Assembly (NCBI GenBank): GCA_041739995.1
Contig: JBGSMV010000015.1
Location: forward strand, 64,001-128,000
DNA: 64,000 nt
Reading direction: 5' to 3'
From: Bdellovibrionota bacterium
GTDB lineage: Bacteria > Bdellovibrionota_C > UBA2361 > JBGSMV01
The translations under genes and the position numbers were made by a program. Below, in pieces: positions 60,483 to 64,000 of the stretch. The notes under the pieces were generated by a model that worked only from the letters and a program-made list of their open reading frames with translations, searched no databases and had not been told where the DNA came from. Positions within the stretch are counted from its first letter, which is position 1, and the number at the start of each line of letters is the position of its first letter.

Positions 60483-61865
60483 ATGAAAAAATCAACCTCA
60501 AAGGGCTCAGGTCAGACTAAGGCAACACCGAAACCCAGCCTTCTCGCGAAAGAGAGTTTGTCGCGCGCCCTGGACGCCCTAAAAAACTCGCCTCGCTATG
60601 AGATTTTAAGAGGTCTGAGCGCCTCGGCACTGATTAAGGATACAAAGAACGACTACACCGAAATTGCTTCATTCTCACTGGAGGATTTAGTCACGCTCGG
60701 CACCAAAGAGCTTACTACTCTAAAAGGTCTCTCGACCGCCCACTTCCAACATATCGCTGAAGGGATCCGGCTGGTCGCATCTCAGCCAGCTTCTCCAACA
60801 GCCGAATCGCAAGATCCCAGCTCAAGCGCTACCGTCAGCTCTCCCGATTTTCTTAAGTCAAAACTTTCAAGCTCACGCACCGACGGTGCCCTCGATTATC
60901 GCTCCTCAGAAGCTGAGCTGACATTTCTCAAGCTCCTACAATCTGCACGGACGCACTCCTTTCAAGATTCAGATCTTTCGCGTCGCCTCGCAGATCTCTG
61001 GGAGCCTTCATGGCCGAGCGCCCCATTCGAGCAGCAACTCACGCTCAAACAGTTGCTTGATTTAGATGTCGAAGTGATTCTTAGGAAACGGTCATTCACC
61101 GCCATTAAACTCGCCACTCTTACCAAGCTCGTCGAGAAAGTCCTTCAACTGCCTGAACAGTCAGATCGAAACGGTGAGTCTGAAGGAGCACTATCGCGAA
61201 CATCAAAGCAATCTAGCCCACACTCCGAGACTCCGCGCGTTCATACCCTGGTTGGGGCGGAAGATTTAGTAAGTAAGGCAATGGCTTCGGCTTTGTGGGG
61301 ATTTGAAGAGTTCCTGCTGCAGCTTCCAGAAGAGCACCCTCTCCATAGAATTTTTATCCCTTTAGACAAAATTATCAGCGCCCCCGACCTCGCAGCGTTA
61401 ATGTCTTTGGATGAAGAACCTACATCTCCTGGATCTGAAACTGCCGTACTCGATGTGCCGCTCTCCGCGGTTAGCCGGCGCGTAAAGGAAAATGACCCGG
61501 CACTCGCATCCAGTTGGACCGCAAGTCTATCGGGACCAGGAGTTCATCTAAGCCAGCTGTGTGAGATGGTGCCACCCCTTCAGCCGGGGCTTCTTCAGAA
61601 ACCTGGGCAGGCGTCCTTCTCCAGTCCTTTTGTCCAGGCAGTCACTATTTGTATCCGCGCCCTTGGCGCTACTCCAGTCTTGTTCAAGAACGCTCCTGTG
61701 GCTGGATATTGGTCACTGAACTCTGCCGTATTTTCGATGCTTGCTGAGTCTCTCCTGCCTCAGCTGCGCTCCGAGCCCGCAAAGGCACGCAGCTTGCTTG
61801 CTAAGACCTTCCCGCTTTTTAAGTCCAGCACTCTAGACACCCTGGCGAGCAACTTATTGGAATAA
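60483..61865 (+). CDS. Hypothetical protein with two RNA polymerase alpha-CTD/HhH-like modules
   Basis: SLEDLVTLGTKELTTLKGLSTAHF and TLKQLLDLDVEVILRKRSFTAIKL. Confidence 0.6.
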   Translation: MKKSTSKGSGQTKATPKPSLLAKESLSRALDALKNSPRYEILRGLSASALIKDTKNDYTEIASFSLEDLVTLGTKELTTLKGLSTAHFQHIAEGIRLVASQPASPTAESQDPSSSATVSSPDFLKSKLSSSRTDGALDYRSSEAELTFLKLLQSARTHSFQDSDLSRRLADLWEPSWPSAPFEQQLTLKQLLDLDVEVILRKRSFTAIKLATLTKLVEKVLQLPEQSDRNGESEGALSRTSKQSSPHSETPRVHTLVGAEDLVSKAMASALWGFEEFLLQLPEEHPLHRIFIPLDKIISAPDLAALMSLDEEPTSPGSETAVLDVPLSAVSRRVKENDPALASSWTASLSGPGVHLSQLCEMVPPLQPGLLQKPGQASFSSPFVQAVTICIRALGATPVLFKNAPVAGYWSLNSAVFSMLAESLLPQLRSEPAKARSLLAKTFPLFKSSTLDTLASNLLE

Positions 61866-62222
61866 ATGCCCTTTCAGCTTTCATGATCGAACTTCCTAGA
61901 TCGTGAGGCCTAATTCAATCTAAAGGCCTCTGATACCGCCTCGGAAAGTAGCTCTGGAAAATTCACAACCTCATGTTCCATTAGGTACTTACGGGAACAA
62001 ACTGCGCCAAAATTATTTTCATTTTCTTCACGCGCAACCGTTCAACTATACCTGCATCTGAAGTGAGCACATTCGCGTGTGGCGCTCGTCTCCACTTAGG
62101 GTCGAGCACTTGGTGCCTGATCCTATGGGTCAGCCAGGAGGTTCTCACATCAACAAAAACTTACAGAATGCGAAGCTTCATTCGCATAATGTGGGATTTA
62201 GCATGAGAGGCTTCAGGCAGGT

Positions 62223-63083
62223 ATGAGCAGCGCCAAAGCAACCCATCAGCACTCAAATTCTCGATCACTTTCACACGAGCATGTGTGGACTGAGATTCTT
62301 CTCCATCTTCACTCTCCAAGTTCGAGCAAAGCGCTCCATGAGTTGGGTGGTCACTACCAACAACTGGTACAAGGTGGTCGCACCCCACGCAGCACGTTCG
62401 AGCGCGAAGCTTTCGCACACCTTAAACAAGCGGTAAGTGACTTCGTCTACTCAGCCATCGCTCGCACCCGTGAGCGAGCATCGCAAGATGGCTCCGTGGC
62501 AGCGACTCCGTGTATAACGTCTGTAAGCATTCGAGAAGAATTCTTTACGATCAAAGAAACCGGGGAAGTGCGCGAGCTCTGCATGCTCGTTCAGCTCCAA
62601 GATGCGCTTGGAAGAACCTCGGTGTTTAGCGACGGCTTGCTCTCCTACCCGACCCGCAACCCGATGCTCATTTACGTGCGATGCAAGGATTGGGAAACGT
62701 TTTCGTTTGATTATGATGTGCTTTTTTCTCGCTCCGCATTCCTGGAAGAGATCGAAGTGGTAAGACTGCTACTCGACCCTTTTAACGCTACTCATCGGCG
62801 CAAGGCCTTACTCCCGGTCACCTACTTTGCAATTGAGCGCGCTGCCCTTTCAGCATGTGGGGTTCCACCGTGCCAGAATGCAGCATTAACTACCTGCATG
62901 GCCGCCACAATCGATAATATCACTGTTATCGATCGTGGAATGAAGGAGGTCCCCGCGTTCCTGGTGCACGTGAGCTGGGGAGCCGGGCTATCTCAGCGCT
63001 GTCTGGTACGCTTCGGCTTTAGCGCGGAGTTGCCTTTCCCCATCACCAGGACAACCCTGTTGGCAGATGAAGGATTTGCTTAA
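62223..63083 (+). CDS. Hypothetical protein
   Basis: 286-aa ATG ORF with protein-like composition. Confidence 0.6.
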   Translation: MSSAKATHQHSNSRSLSHEHVWTEILLHLHSPSSSKALHELGGHYQQLVQGGRTPRSTFEREAFAHLKQAVSDFVYSAIARTRERASQDGSVAATPCITSVSIREEFFTIKETGEVRELCMLVQLQDALGRTSVFSDGLLSYPTRNPMLIYVRCKDWETFSFDYDVLFSRSAFLEEIEVVRLLLDPFNATHRRKALLPVTYFAIERAALSACGVPPCQNAALTTCMAATIDNITVIDRGMKEVPAFLVHVSWGAGLSQRCLVRFGFSAELPFPITRTTLLADEGFA

Positions 63084-63159
63084 CCATTTCCTCTAAATTC
63101 GTCTTTACGGCCCCCAAGTGGTTCCAAGCGCGACTCAATCTGATACGGTTGCAAAACCG

Positions 63160-64000
63160 ATGTTATTTCGATCTCGTCAAAGTGCGCACTTAGACTCTGA
63201 GTCGACAGAAGCTCCTCGAGAGCCGCCGACTCGCGCTCCTTTACCCTCTAGCTCAGGCTCACTCACTGGCTCTAGTTCACTGGCAGGGCTCCTGCTGTTG
63301 TGCGTGGCCATGCTGCTTCTTGCCACGCACCTTAACCCTTCAGATTCCAGCTTTATCCGCTTGGTTCGAGCTTTTGCTGAAGCCGCCCTAGTGGGTGGTA
63401 TTGCCGACTGGTTCGCAGTCACCGCACTATTTCGCCGACCCGCTGGGCTCCCAATCCCCCACACCGCCATTCTGCCGCGCAATCAAGCCAGGGTCGCACA
63501 AGGTGTTTCTGAATTCGTCGCTGATAATTTCTTCTCATCCTCCGCTTCACCACTAGGCGACGACCGTGCCGCAGCCATGGTGGCCTCAGCCCTGGAGCAG
63601 TTATCTGAAGAAGCAACGCGCGAAAGCGTCTCACGAAACATCTGCATATCGCTTGGTTTCGCACTTAGATACCTTGAGCACACCGATGCCGGCCGCCGCG
63701 CAACACACTCACTCTTCGAACAGCTAGTTCGCGGCACCCCAACTGCAGACACTCTGGCAGATGGCATTGAGCTACTCTTCAGGGACCCCTATCAAAAACG
63801 CGCAGTAACCGAGATGCTTCGGCTCACGCAGCGTGGTCTTCATCACAATCGAATAAGCGTCATTAATTGGATCGGGCGAGTGGCTCCCTGGTTTATTCCT
63901 TCACCGATTACGCGCTCAATGGCGAGCATGGTAACGACGAAGGTGGAGGAACTGCTTCAAAAGATGATCGCAGAGGAGAATCACCCCTCACGAGATGCGC
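63160..64000 (+). CDS. DUF445-family membrane protein (partial, runs off the window; not in ORF track)
   Basis: Hand translation includes AFAEAALVGGIADWFAVTALFRRPAGLPIPHTAILPRNQARVA. Confidence 0.88.
   Translation, partial: MLFRSRQSAHLDSESTEAPREPPTRAPLPSSSGSLTGSSSLAGLLLLCVAMLLLATHLNPSDSSFIRLVRAFAEAALVGGIADWFAVTALFRRPAGLPIPHTAILPRNQARVAQGVSEFVADNFFSSSASPLGDDRAAAMVASALEQLSEEATRESVSRNICISLGFALRYLEHTDAGRRATHSLFEQLVRGTPTADTLADGIELLFRDPYQKRAVTEMLRLTQRGLHHNRISVINWIGRVAPWFIPSPITRSMASMVTTKVEELLQKMIAEENHPSRDA

Noticed and set aside
1..64000. tRNA, rRNA, transposase, integrase or prophage genes
   Set aside because: No recognisable cloverleaf or T-loop in intergenic DNA, and no such protein motifs among the ORFs.

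Overview
A 64 kb bacterial chromosomal window of mixed housekeeping and accessory genes. The gene repertoire suggests an uncultured deltaproteobacteria/Bdellovibrionota-like lineage (inference only). Recognisable core genes are fadJ-like beta-oxidation alpha subunit, methylcrotonyl-CoA carboxylase beta/alpha, gltA, glyQS, folK, an SNF2/SWIM helicase, IHF, lexA-recA, ruvC-like, pdhAB and greB. The most striking locus is a head-to-head pair of ~614-aa flagellins (43.6-47.8 kb). Their hypervariable regions are replaced by two different seven-repeat beta-propeller-like modules (FG-GAP/VCBS and TolB/PD40-like), and each gene is broken by a net +1 frameshift. One frameshift sits on a perfect 27-bp copy of the gene's own 5' region. 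Other notable items: a structured, terminator-capped RNA candidate (2.1-2.3 kb); several apparent pseudoenzymes (RibBA dead in both domains, an SLT lacking its catalytic Glu, an MBL fold with a broken metal motif); a decayed AbrB/PIN toxin-antitoxin module with intact twin operators; a small DUF5989-like gene missed by the ORF track; and many short tandem micro-duplications. I saw no tRNA, rRNA, CRISPR array, transposase or phage genes. All family calls come from motif recognition by eye, not database searches.
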